Shown here: positions 49,344 through 58,854 of the stretch, one piece after another
Position numbering within the stretch: position 1 is the first letter of the stretch
Layout of the letters: each line of letters begins with the position of its first letter
Source of the DNA: Candidatus Portnoybacteria bacterium
Lineage (GTDB): Bacteria; Patescibacteriota; Minisyncoccia; Portnoybacterales; GWB1-42-6
DNA length: 64,000 nt
Direction of reading: 5' to 3'
Assembly (NCBI GenBank): GCA_028688325.1
Contig: JAQTYI010000001.1
Location: 168,820-232,819, forward strand
The notes under the pieces: generated by a model
Told to the model about the DNA's origin: nothing
The model's database searches: none
The model's input: the letters and a program-made list of their open reading frames with translations, nothing else
Program-made: the position numbers and the translations under genes

Positions 49344-50033
49344 TTATTTGAAAAAATTTATTATTTTCTCTCCCTCCGCCAAATCCTCCTTGTGACCGTT
49401 GGGATGCCAGAAGTCCGCCTCCACTGCTTTAATTTTATACTTATCCGCCATTTGCGCCAAGGTCTGAGGCAAGCCGAACTCCTTGTCTGAAACCAGCACA
49501 AATGGATAGTCAAAAAAATCCTTGCTCATAAGATACGCGCCGATGTTCACTAGATTGCCGCCCTTCCTGTCTTTTAGAAATTTAAATTCCACCACTTGTT
49601 TTAGATTCCCTTCGCTGTCTTTTTCCACCACGCCAAAACGCGTGTTGTTTTCTATTTTTTTTACCAACAAAGCCAGATCGTGTCGCAAGAGCTTTTTAAG
49701 ATCTTTTTTATGATAAAGATCGTCGCCCATCAGCACCAGGAATCTGTCGGCCAGCATATCCTTGGCCAGGCAGATGGCACCGGCCGTGCCGTTAAAATCC
49801 GTCTGCTCGCAATAGCTAATCTTTCTGCCTTTATGCTCTCCGCCAAAATATTTACGGATCATATCGCCCTTGTAGCCCACGATAAAAATAATTTCCGAAA
49901 TTTCTTCCGGAAGGTTGTCTAAGGCATATTCGACTATGGGCCGGCCGCCGATTTTCAGCAGGGGCTTGGGGATTTCGTCAGTCAGCTCCCCCATCCTTGT
50001 GCCCCGCCCAGCGGCCAAAATTACTGCTTGCAT
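49344..50033 (-). CDS. Sugar-phosphate nucleotidyltransferase
   Basis: AVILAAGRGTRM..LT..IPKPL. Confidence 0.92.
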   Translation of the reverse strand: MQAVILAAGRGTRMGELTDEIPKPLLKIGGRPIVEYALDNLPEEISEIIFIVGYKGDMIRKYFGGEHKGRKISYCEQTDFNGTAGAICLAKDMLADRFLVLMGDDLYHKKDLKKLLRHDLALLVKKIENNTRFGVVEKDSEGNLKQVVEFKFLKDRKGGNLVNIGAYLMSKDFFDYPFVLVSDKEFGLPQTLAQMADKYKIKAVEADFWHPNGHKEDLAEGEKIINFFK

Positions 50034-50043
50034 TTTTTTAGTG

Positions 50044-50114
50044 TGGACCCGGGGAGAATCGAACTCCCGTCTCAGCAATGCGAATGCCGCGTATTACCAC
50101 TATACTACGGGCCC
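50044..50114 (-). tRNA. tRNA-Ala(CGC)
   Basis: GGGCCCG/CGGGTCC-A with G3:U70; CGGCA-TT CGC AT-TGCTG. Confidence 0.93.
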
Positions 50115-50247
50115 TCTACTTCAAGATTTCTTCAAAATCTTGAATGGGCCGTTCAAAAGTCGCACTGCGACTTTTGAAATAGGCCTCAACCAATTTTCTT
50201 CAAATATTCTATTTTTAACTTCTGTTTAAATCTGGCCACTTAAACTA

Positions 50248-50553
50248 TCAGATGAACTCTTTCTTAATCATCTCCGCTTCCTGTTCCAACCATTTATTAT
50301 CATTATTATATTCGCCACTATGCGCCGTTGTCCCTTCATACGACGCCTTTTTCTGGTCCAAATGCAGATTGACTTCAATGCTGCCCCTGGGCGAAGTTCT
50401 CGTATATATATGGAAACGCGGATAATCAGCGTTTCCGATCCGCTTGGTAAAAGACATCTCCCCCGTTTGTTCGTCCTTGCGCAAAAAACTGTATCCGGCC
50501 CGGCGCAAGGCATTTACGGCGTTCTCTCTCGGTTTGTCAAAAATCAGTTTCAT
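50248..50553 (-). CDS. Conserved hypothetical protein
   Basis: YPRFHIY..NLHLDQK..SY....AHSGEY. Confidence 0.75.
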   Translation of the reverse strand: MKLIFDKPRENAVNALRRAGYSFLRKDEQTGEMSFTKRIGNADYPRFHIYTRTSPRGSIEVNLHLDQKKASYEGTTAHSGEYNNDNKWLEQEAEMIKKEFI

Positions 50554-50560
50554 AAAAATT

Positions 50561-50977
50561 TTATTCTTTCTGCCGACGCCTTTTTTGATAGTATATCGCC
50601 CGAGAGCGGCGCGTTACGGCGAGGACCGAAAGCACCGCGATATAGGCAGCCACCACATCGCTGGTCAGGCCGCCCGGCTTGTTAAAAATGAACTGGCAAG
50701 CGCCGATGGCCATTATCAATATCGTCCAGAAAAATACGAACACCTCGCCCGGATGGCGACCCGAATGATGGTCGTGCCAGCGTTCAAATTCCTTATCGCC
50801 CGCATAAATAGCCAGCATCGCGATATAGATAACCAGCAATGCGTCCAGCTCTTTATCGTATATGCCGCTTTTTACGAAATTGAAGATTATGGCGGCATAA
50901 ACCGCGACTGTCCAAAAAGACACCAGCCGCCACCAAAACCTGGAATTTTTCGCGGTATTGTTGAAAAATTTGAACAT
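50561..50977 (-). CDS. Four-TM hypothetical protein
   Basis: Hydrophobic helices, KEFERW motif. Confidence 0.72.
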   Translation of the reverse strand: MFKFFNNTAKNSRFWWRLVSFWTVAVYAAIIFNFVKSGIYDKELDALLVIYIAMLAIYAGDKEFERWHDHHSGRHPGEVFVFFWTILIMAIGACQFIFNKPGGLTSDVVAAYIAVLSVLAVTRRSRAIYYQKRRRQKE

Positions 50978-50993
50978 AATTTTGGTATTTAAA

Positions 50994-51575
50994 TCAGTTA
51001 GGGCGCTGCGAGCCCTTGGCTAAGGCCTCGTCCAATAAATTCTCTTCGCCCGGCGCCAATTCACACAAAGCGATAGTTGCGTCATCGCCCAATTTTATTG
51101 GTTGGCTATTTTTTATTGCTAATGCGATTGCCGTAGCCCGATGATGGCCCTCTACACAAATAATTTTATTATTATCTATTCGAACAATTCCAATAAATTG
51201 AGCCCCGATTGGAAAGTTTTTCATCATGCCCACAACTTTATCGTTTTTACTTAACGCTTCGTAGTTTTCCGGAATTTCCAGCATTTGCGCAAACGACAAA
51301 ACATTTTTAACGGGCAACCGGTTTTGCCAGCCGATATACGGCCCAACCAGCATGGCTGGCACAATCTTGTTTATATCGGCTATCCGGTAAATTTTCCATT
51401 CGCGCTTATCAGCTCTAAGCTGCGCTGCGGTATAATTGCGCCAACTTTCCCAATCCGGCCAACCTTTGATTTTAGTGGCAGCATTAATCCAACCAGGATC
51501 ATTCCCTTCTCGGCTTTTCCAGTCCTCAAAAACTTCCTGCCAGGCCGCATTTTTTATAAAAATTAAGTCATCCAT
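50994..51575 (-). CDS. Hypothetical protein with ParB/Srx-like EGHHR motif
   Basis: IICVEGHHRATAIAL. Confidence 0.65.
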   Translation of the reverse strand: MDDLIFIKNAAWQEVFEDWKSREGNDPGWINAATKIKGWPDWESWRNYTAAQLRADKREWKIYRIADINKIVPAMLVGPYIGWQNRLPVKNVLSFAQMLEIPENYEALSKNDKVVGMMKNFPIGAQFIGIVRIDNNKIICVEGHHRATAIALAIKNSQPIKLGDDATIALCELAPGEENLLDEALAKGSQRPN

Positions 51576-51616
51576 GATTTTTTACTATTTGCTATAAGAC
51601 ATCAAATAGCTACTAT

Positions 51617-51838
51617 TGGTCGGGCCGCGGGGACTCGAACCCCGACTAAATCCCCCCGCCCCGCACCAAAAATTTACTGTCGGGGCACTGGGAATTGAAC
51701 CCAGTCTACATCCTCCCGAAGGATGCGTACTACCGGTATACGATGCCCCGGTGATTTTGGTGCGGGGTAAAAAGGACTCGCCTGCCCCGTTGTCGCCAAG
51801 GGCGACTTTTCGGGGTGCTACCATTACACTACGGCCCG
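51617..51838 (-). pseudogene. Outer tRNA-Pro(CGG) interrupted by two hairpin inserts
   Basis: Removing 51659-51771 and 51781-51815 yields a complete 74-nt cloverleaf with CCA. Confidence 0.88.
51680..51750 (-). tRNA. tRNA-Pro(CGG), nested copy
   Basis: CGGGGCA/TGCCCCG-A; CATCC-TT CGG GA-GGATG. Confidence 0.93.
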
Positions 51839-51992
51839 ATAACTTATTTACCCTGAGTTCATCGAAGGGCTTCTCCTATTTCATCATAAATCCATAAAAA
51901 AATCAACTATTGACAAATATATTAATAAGATGTATTCTTATTAATATTCCGAGTAGTTCATTTTAGCCATTATTCAGAAAAGGAGGAAGTAT

Positions 51993-52193
51993 ATGGAATT
52001 TTTAACCGCAGAGATCGTAGAGGGCCTCAAAAAGAAGGGCTGGGAAAAGACAGAAAGGGAAGGCAAAGTCATTCTGCGCCACCCCGATTTGATGGGAAGT
52101 TATAGCGTATTTGACGCTATAAGGACCCAAAAGATGCTGGATAGCCCGGCGCCCTCACCACGCGCTTCAACCAGGCGCACCTCTCCCGTCTAA
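51993..52193 (+). CDS. Small hypothetical protein
   Basis: TTGACA-type promoter and SD AAGGAGG upstream. Confidence 0.55.
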   Translation: MEFLTAEIVEGLKKKGWEKTEREGKVILRHPDLMGSYSVFDAIRTQKMLDSPAPSPRASTRRTSPV

Positions 52194-52272
52194 AACGCCG
52201 GCCAAAACAGCCGGTCCCACCAAAATAAAAAGCCCTATCCAAAAAAGATAGCGGCTTTTTTCTTATACAATC

Positions 52273-54906
52273 CTACACCACAATATTCACCAGCTTCCCC
52301 TTCACAAAAATCACTTTCTTGGGCTCTTTGCCTTCCAGCCACTTAATAATATTGATGTCAGACATCGATAGTTTCTTGGCTTCGTCTTCCGAGATATCGG
52401 CCGGCACAGTCAAGATGGCCCGGACTTTGCCGTTGATTTGCACGGGCATCTGGATAGTTTCATCTTTCACCATCGCGGGATTGAATTTCGGCCAGGACTG
52501 CTTAAAAATTGACTCGCTATCTTTTTCCTCGGATTTATCCTCCGAAGCATTCTTGCCCGCCGAAGCTTTAGCGGAGGCGGGAGCGAAGGAGGACCAAAGC
52601 TCTTCCGCCATATGCGGGGCAAAAGGCGCCAGCAATATCAAAAAGGCCTGGGCCGCGCCACGGGGCATAACATTAAATCGTATAATGAAGTTTATAAAAA
52701 TCATCATTTGCGAAATTGCGGTGTTAAAGCGCAGATTCTCAATGTCTTCCGTGACTTTCTTGATGGTTTTGTGCAAAAGCTGAGGCATGCCTTCGGGCAC
52801 ATCCTTGCATCCCTCGCCGCAGTCCGTCAGATCGGCTTTATGGTATAAATTCCAAACCCGCTCCAAGAAGCGAACGATGCCGACAATTCCCTTGGTGTTC
52901 CAGGGCTTCATATCTTCCAGCGGGCCCATAAACATCTCAAACATGCGCAGGGCGTCAGCGCCGTATTCTTTAACCACATCATCGGGATTTACGACATTTC
53001 CCTTGGACTTGCTCATCTTGGTGCCGTCCTCCGCCAAAATTATTCCCTGGTGGCGCAACTTCAAAAATGGCTCGTCAAAATTGATATAGCCGAGTTTATG
53101 CAGAACTTTGGTGAAAAAGCGCGCGTAAAGCAGATGCAAAACGACATGCTCCGCCCCGCCGATATACAGATCCACGGGGAGCCATTTTTTGAGCATTTCC
53201 TTGGAAGCGAATTCCTTGTCATTTTTGTTGTCGGAGTAACGCAAATAATACCAGGAAGAGCAAACGAAAGTATCCATAGTGTCCGCTTCCCTACGGGCCG
53301 GCCCGCCGCATTCGGGACATTTAACATCCTGAAATTTTTTGGACTTGGCCAGAGGCGATTCGCCCGTGGGCATAAAATCCACATCATCGGGCAAGCGCAC
53401 GGGCAGATCTTCTTCCGGCACGGGAATCTCTCCACACTTATCGCAATAAATTATGGGAATCGGCGCACCCCAATATCGTTGGCGCGAAACCAGCCAATCG
53501 CGGAGCTTATAATTGATAACCTTTTTCCCTATTCCCTCTTTTTCCAGCCACTTTGCTATTTTTTCACGCGCCTTTTCCGAGGTTAGACCGTCGTATTCGC
53601 CGGAATTGGTCAAAATACCATCTTCAACAAAAGCTTCGTCATCCTGAGCGCCAGCGAAGGATCTATTTTTAGATTCTTCGTTCCGCTTCGCTTCATTCAG
53701 AATGACAAAATTGATAGGTAGTTTGAATTTCTTCGCAAACTCAAAATCCCGCTCATCATGCGCCGGGACGGCCATCACAGCTCCCGTGCCGTAATGCGCC
53801 AAAACAAAATCGCTCGCAAAAAGCGGAATGGCCTGCTTGGTGAAGGGATTTTTAACTTTCACGCCTTCCAATTCCACGCCGGTTTTTTCTTTAGCCTCGG
53901 TTTGGCGCTGCAAATCGGTTTTCTTTTTGGCCAGGGCAATATATTTTTCCACTTCGCTCCAATTGCTAATTTGAGATTTTAATTTTTGCACCAGTTCGTG
54001 TTCAGGCGCTATCAGCGCGAACGACATGCCAAAAACCGTGTCCAGACGGGTGGTAAAGACCTCAAGAAAAAGATTGTCATCCTGAGCGCCAGCGAAGGAT
54101 CTTTTAGATTCTTCGCCCTTCGGGCTCAGAATGACGGGAAGACGAAATTGCGCTCCCTCGCTTTTGCCTATCCAATTTTTCTGCGCCGCTTTGGTAGAAT
54201 CGGGCCAATCAAGTTTTTCCAGGCCTTCAAGCAGACCGGAAGTTATTCGCCCGTCCTTCGCATCTCCGCATCTTCGCTGTCGCTCCGAGCTACGAGCTTC
54301 GGAGGGCTCAATAAACTTCGTTATCGAGAAATACCACTGTTCCAAATCCTTTTGTACGACCTCGTTGCTGCAGCGGTCGCACACTCCCCCTTCGGCCTGC
54401 TCGTTGGCCAGCACGGTCTGGCAATTATCGCACCAGTTCACTTTCCCTTTCTTTTTATACGCCAAGCCGTTTTTGTAAAGCAGCAAAAAAAACCATTGCG
54501 TCCATTTGTAATATTCCGGGTCGGAAGAATTCACCTCGCGCGACCAATCATAAGAAAAGCCCAGCATATTCATCTGCTTTTTAAAGGTTGCGATGGCTTT
54601 TTTGGTGGTGGCGGCGGGATGCACTTTTGTTTTGATGGCGAAATTTTCCGCGGGCAAACCGAAAGCGTCCCAACCCTGCGGATGCAGAACATTTTTGCCG
54701 CAAAGTCGCGCGTAGCGCGACATAATATCGGAAGCCGTGTAGCCCTCAACATGGCCGATATGCAAGCCGTCGCCGGAGGGATATGGGAACATATCCAAGA
54801 TGTATTGCTTGGGCTTATCACTTTTATCGTCCGCCGCGCAAAGTTCCGGGTGCTTGGTCCATTCTTTCTGCCACTTTTTTTCTATTTTGGCGTGGTCATA
54901 TTTCAT
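52273..54906 (-). CDS. leuS: Leucine--tRNA ligase with several in-frame inserts
   Basis: MFPYPSG.GLHIGH, GWDAFGLPAEN, GTGAVMAVPAHD, KMSKS. Confidence 0.98.
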   Translation of the reverse strand: MKYDHAKIEKKWQKEWTKHPELCAADDKSDKPKQYILDMFPYPSGDGLHIGHVEGYTASDIMSRYARLCGKNVLHPQGWDAFGLPAENFAIKTKVHPAATTKKAIATFKKQMNMLGFSYDWSREVNSSDPEYYKWTQWFFLLLYKNGLAYKKKGKVNWCDNCQTVLANEQAEGGVCDRCSNEVVQKDLEQWYFSITKFIEPSEARSSERQRRCGDAKDGRITSGLLEGLEKLDWPDSTKAAQKNWIGKSEGAQFRLPVILSPKGEESKRSFAGAQDDNLFLEVFTTRLDTVFGMSFALIAPEHELVQKLKSQISNWSEVEKYIALAKKKTDLQRQTEAKEKTGVELEGVKVKNPFTKQAIPLFASDFVLAHYGTGAVMAVPAHDERDFEFAKKFKLPINFVILNEAKRNEESKNRSFAGAQDDEAFVEDGILTNSGEYDGLTSEKAREKIAKWLEKEGIGKKVINYKLRDWLVSRQRYWGAPIPIIYCDKCGEIPVPEEDLPVRLPDDVDFMPTGESPLAKSKKFQDVKCPECGGPARREADTMDTFVCSSWYYLRYSDNKNDKEFASKEMLKKWLPVDLYIGGAEHVVLHLLYARFFTKVLHKLGYINFDEPFLKLRHQGIILAEDGTKMSKSKGNVVNPDDVVKEYGADALRMFEMFMGPLEDMKPWNTKGIVGIVRFLERVWNLYHKADLTDCGEGCKDVPEGMPQLLHKTIKKVTEDIENLRFNTAISQMMIFINFIIRFNVMPRGAAQAFLILLAPFAPHMAEELWSSFAPASAKASAGKNASEDKSEEKDSESIFKQSWPKFNPAMVKDETIQMPVQINGKVRAILTVPADISEDEAKKLSMSDINIIKWLEGKEPKKVIFVKGKLVNIVV

Positions 54907-54968
54907 AATATTTACTCTAACCCCTTTTTACCTTTTTTTCAATCTTGCTTTATGTTATTATGACTCCA

Positions 54969-55781
54969 ATGTTAAAGGAGTGGCTGAAAAAATATTATCT
55001 GTTATTCGTCATCATCGCCGTTATCGCGGCGGTTTTTGCGCTGGCTAATTTCCAGCCGGCTAAGAATTTGGCCAACGCCTGCCAGATGGGATTTGAGTCA
55101 TTGAACCTGACGCCCATAGCCGTTATAAGCGGCGCGGCGGTGGACGCCATAAATCCCTGCGCGCTGTCCATCTTAATACTGCTGATGGCTTCCGCGCTAA
55201 TAAGCAACGATAAAAAAAGAGCCCTTAAAACCGGTTTGGCTTTTATCGCCGCGATCTATCTGGCTTATTTTGTCATGGGTATCGGCGTGCTCACGGTCAT
55301 CCGTTCCTACACCTTGTCGTTTTCCTCGCTATTTTACAAAGTAGTGGGCGCCGTCGCTTTAATATTCGGTCTGCTCAACATCAAAGATTATTTCTGGTAC
55401 GGCAAAGGAATTTTGATGGAAGTGCCGCTTAGATGGCGCCCAAAAATGCAAAAGCTGATCCTGGAGGTAACCAGCCCTTGGGGTGCGTTCGTTATTGGCC
55501 TGGTCGTAAGTTTATTTTTGCTCCCCTGCCTGTCGGGGCCTTATGCCATTATTTTAGCGATGCTGGCCGCCAAAAAAACTTTTGCCAAAGCGCTGCTTTA
55601 TATGGTTGTTTATAATATCGTTTTTATCTTGCCGATGACGGCGGTGGCTTTATTTATTTACTTCGGCCTGCCGGCCGAAAAAGCCGAGGCCTGGAGAAAA
55701 GAAAAACTCCGGCTGCTCCATTTGATTGCCGGAGTTATTTTGATAGGATTGGGGGTTGTAATTTTGGGCGGGTGGTTATAA
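54969..55781 (+). CDS. CcdA/DsbD-like transmembrane electron transporter
   Basis: DAINPCA and LLPCLSGPY cysteine motifs in a TM protein. Confidence 0.85.
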   Translation: MLKEWLKKYYLLFVIIAVIAAVFALANFQPAKNLANACQMGFESLNLTPIAVISGAAVDAINPCALSILILLMASALISNDKKRALKTGLAFIAAIYLAYFVMGIGVLTVIRSYTLSFSSLFYKVVGAVALIFGLLNIKDYFWYGKGILMEVPLRWRPKMQKLILEVTSPWGAFVIGLVVSLFLLPCLSGPYAIILAMLAAKKTFAKALLYMVVYNIVFILPMTAVALFIYFGLPAEKAEAWRKEKLRLLHLIAGVILIGLGVVILGGWL

Positions 55782-55824
55782 ACAAAAATGGTAGGGCGAA
55801 AATAAAAAGGGCAAAAAGCCCTTT

Positions 55825-56325
55825 TTATTTTCGCCCCGCGTATTCTCTTTTTATTTTTCTTTTAATCTTCAGCCGCTTGAGCAGCGGTAACCTGTCCAGC
55901 ATGGTCTTGCCCGCCAGATGGTCTGTTTCGTGGCAAATTATCCGAGCCAGCAATTCGCCGGCTTTTATTTTTTGTTTCTGCCCGCGCTTGTCCATATATT
56001 CAACCTCTATTTTTTCGGGTCGCTTTATCTCAAATTCCACCCCCGGCAAACTCAAACAACCTTCGACCATTATCGAGGCGCCTTTTTTGCGGATAATTCT
56101 CGGATTTATCATCACCCTGACATTCCCTTCGCCCCGGCTGTCGTCGACTATAATTATCTGCTTTGACACGCCGACCTGGTTGGCCGCCAATCCCGCTCCG
56201 CGTTTGGCATAGAGCGTTTCCATCATATCATTGATAAGTTTTTTCGTTTCAGCGTCAACAACCCCAACTTTTTTGGTTTTTTTGGTCAGAATCTTATCGG
56301 GATAGATTTTGATGTCGAGTATCAT
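55825..56325 (-). CDS. def: Peptide deformylase
   Basis: GAGLAANQVG, EGCLS, HETDH. Confidence 0.96.
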   Translation of the reverse strand: MILDIKIYPDKILTKKTKKVGVVDAETKKLINDMMETLYAKRGAGLAANQVGVSKQIIIVDDSRGEGNVRVMINPRIIRKKGASIMVEGCLSLPGVEFEIKRPEKIEVEYMDKRGQKQKIKAGELLARIICHETDHLAGKTMLDRLPLLKRLKIKRKIKREYAGRK

Positions 56326-56339
56326 GGATTGTATTTAAC

Positions 56340-56531
56340 ACGCGCATACGAAAAATTTTGCCAGAAAATAGCAACGAGCCGAGCGTCTAAATTTGCGTGC
56401 TGTGGTGGGGCCCCGATCGTCAGGTCGGGGCGTTGCGGATAGCAAATTTAGTGAGACGAGTTCTATTTTCTCAAAATTTTATCGTCGCGCGGCGGTTTTT
56501 TACGCCGCTTTTTTGGCGGCAAAAAAGCGGC
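56340..56531 (+). mobile_element. Composite MITE-like repeat, copy E
   Basis: Near-identical to 44297-44486. Confidence 0.82.
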
Positions 56532-56539
56532 AAACTATT

Positions 56540-57361
56540 TTATATTCCAAATAACTTTTTGGCATTAGCCGTCGTCGCTTCCGCCACTTCTTCCAAACTG
56601 ATGCCGCGCAATTCCGCTACCTTTTGCGCCACATATTTCACATAACTCGGTTCGTTTCTTTTACCACGGAACGGCTCCGGGGTCAAATACGGGCAGTCGG
56701 TTTCCAGCAAGAGCCGCTCCAGCGGCATTTCTTTGACCGCGCGGTCATAATCGCGCGCAAAAGTGATGATGCCGTTAAAGCCCAGGTAAAAACCCATATT
56801 CAAATACTGCTCCGCCTGGTTCCACCGACCGGAAAAACTATGAATAACTCCCCGCAGGGGCTTATTGCCGACCATCGTCCAGGTTTTTAAGATTTTCAGC
56901 AGATCATCGTGCGCTTCGCGGCAATGCAGCATCACGGGCTTTTGCAAGCACTCAGCCAAACCTAATTGTTCCAACAGAACTTCTTTTTGCAATTCTGGCT
57001 TAGCTATATTTCTATAATAATCCAAACCGATCTCTCCTATCGCCACGACCATATCCTGCTGCGCCAGATTCTTATAATGCTCGTAATCAAATTCCTCCGC
57101 TTCCATTTTAAAATTCACGGTTTCTTGGTCATCCACCTTCGTTTCAATTTCCTGCGCGCGCAAAGAGCCGGGGTGCAGGCCGACGGCCGCAAAAACCCCG
57201 CGGCCGTATTTTTGAGCGTATTCAACCGCTCGTTGGCTCGTCTTCCTTTCCGAACCGACATTTATCAGCCAAGTATTTTCTTTTAGCGCGCGCCTGACTA
57301 CCTCGTCGCCATCGTCTTTATAGGCGCTGAAATTTATATGGGCGTGAGTATCAATAAGCAC
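56540..57361 (-). CDS. tatD: TatD family hydrolase
   Basis: DTHAH, GEIGLDY, HCREA, ETDCPY. Confidence 0.95.
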   Translation of the reverse strand: MLIDTHAHINFSAYKDDGDEVVRRALKENTWLINVGSERKTSQRAVEYAQKYGRGVFAAVGLHPGSLRAQEIETKVDDQETVNFKMEAEEFDYEHYKNLAQQDMVVAIGEIGLDYYRNIAKPELQKEVLLEQLGLAECLQKPVMLHCREAHDDLLKILKTWTMVGNKPLRGVIHSFSGRWNQAEQYLNMGFYLGFNGIITFARDYDRAVKEMPLERLLLETDCPYLTPEPFRGKRNEPSYVKYVAQKVAELRGISLEEVAEATTANAKKLFGI

Positions 57362-57435
57362 TTAAATGGCGATGTCCGACATCCAAAGATTAAAACGCAT
57401 TAATATTCGGGATGTCGGACATCGTAAAATTGGTA

Positions 57436-58854
57436 TTATTTGATCCTCGGAAACAGCCCTTCCCTCTTCTGTATCTTTTCCGCCTTAGCCGCGGCCAAAA
57501 TTTTTCCGGCGGTCTCGGGCATAAACGGCGCTAAGGCCTCCCCTATCGCAATGATGGCGCCCAAAAGTTCGGCCAGGGTTTTTTGCGCTTCGCCCTTGTT
57601 TGTTTTTACTAATTCCCAAAGTTTCGTTTCGTCTATTTTTTTATTGGCCCAGTCGATTTTCGCGATTATTTTTTCCAGGGCCTGATAAAGCTTAAAATTT
57701 TCCATTTCCGCGGCAATATCTATTTTATCCTTTTTCGCTTTTATCTTGCCGTCAAAATTTTTTTCAATAATATTGAAAACCCGGCTTACTAAATTTCCCA
57801 GCCCATTAGCCAGATCCGCGTTGTATTTTTCCGTCAGTTTTTCCCAGGAAATATCGCCGTCGTGGCCAAAAGGCGTTGAAGCGGCCAAAAGGTATCGGCT
57901 GGCATCCGCACTAAATTTCGCGACCATTTCCTCAGGCCATATCACATTGCCCAGTGATTTTGACATTTTTTGCCCGTTTATCGTAAAAAATCCATGCACA
58001 AAAAATCTCTTGGGTAATTTAAATCCCTGATTCAGCGCCAATAGCAGTCCCGGCCAGATGGTGGAATGCACCCGAACAATGTCTTTGGCCATCAACTGGG
58101 CATCTGCGGGCCAAAATTTCAGCTCTTTTTCATTATCGCCATCCCAACCAAGTCCGGTCAGATAATTCAACAAGGCATCCACCCAAACATAGGTCGTGTG
58201 CTCCTTGTCAAAAGGCAAAGGAATCCCCCATTTGACATTCTTGCGGGAGATGGAAATATCATTTAACCCGCTGCGGATAAAATTTAAAACCTCGCTCTTG
58301 CGCTCTTTGGGCTCGATCAAGAGTTCATCGTTTGAAATCCTTTTGGCCAGCTCTCTGCCAAAAAATGACAGTTTAAAAAAATAGCTTTCCTCTTTCATCA
58401 ATTGCGGCTCAACCTGGTGCTCCGGGCATTTGCCGTCGATTAGATCATCAGCAATTTTATACTGCTCGCAACCCGTGCAATAAAGCCCTTCGTATGTTCC
58501 CTGATAAATAAAATCCCGCTCATACATCCTTTGCAAGGCACGCTTGATGGCCGCTTCGTGCGCAGCGTCCGTAGTGCGGATGAATTTATCATATTTAACA
58601 TTAAAAAGTTTCCAGGCATCCTGGAAATCCTGCGCTCGATTGTCGCAAAAGTCCTTCGGGGATTGACCCGCCTTTTCGGCCGCCTGCGCCACCTTGGCGC
58701 CATGCTCATCTGTGCCGGTCAGAAAGAAGACCTCCTCGCCTTGTGATTTGTGCCAGCGCGCCAAAATATCCGCCGCCACGCTGGTATAGGCATGGCCGAT
58801 ATGCGGCTTGTCGTTTACATAATAAATGGGAGTGGTGATATAAAATTTATTCAT
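57436..58854 (-). CDS. metG: Methionine--tRNA ligase (short form)
   Basis: YITTPIYYVN.PHIGH, GTDEHG, KMSKS. Confidence 0.97.
   Translation of the reverse strand: MNKFYITTPIYYVNDKPHIGHAYTSVAADILARWHKSQGEEVFFLTGTDEHGAKVAQAAEKAGQSPKDFCDNRAQDFQDAWKLFNVKYDKFIRTTDAAHEAAIKRALQRMYERDFIYQGTYEGLYCTGCEQYKIADDLIDGKCPEHQVEPQLMKEESYFFKLSFFGRELAKRISNDELLIEPKERKSEVLNFIRSGLNDISISRKNVKWGIPLPFDKEHTTYVWVDALLNYLTGLGWDGDNEKELKFWPADAQLMAKDIVRVHSTIWPGLLLALNQGFKLPKRFFVHGFFTINGQKMSKSLGNVIWPEEMVAKFSADASRYLLAASTPFGHDGDISWEKLTEKYNADLANGLGNLVSRVFNIIEKNFDGKIKAKKDKIDIAAEMENFKLYQALEKIIAKIDWANKKIDETKLWELVKTNKGEAQKTLAELLGAIIAIGEALAPFMPETAGKILAAAKAEKIQKREGLFPRIK

Noticed and set aside
51659..51771. Group I intron in the tRNA anticodon loop
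   Set aside because: The position fits, but the insert is only 113 nt, is mostly a tRNA, and has no room for a catalytic core.
53986..54963. 325-aa plus-strand ORF and other long antisense ORFs
   Set aside because: These are shadows of leuS and other well-supported genes, with no motifs of their own.
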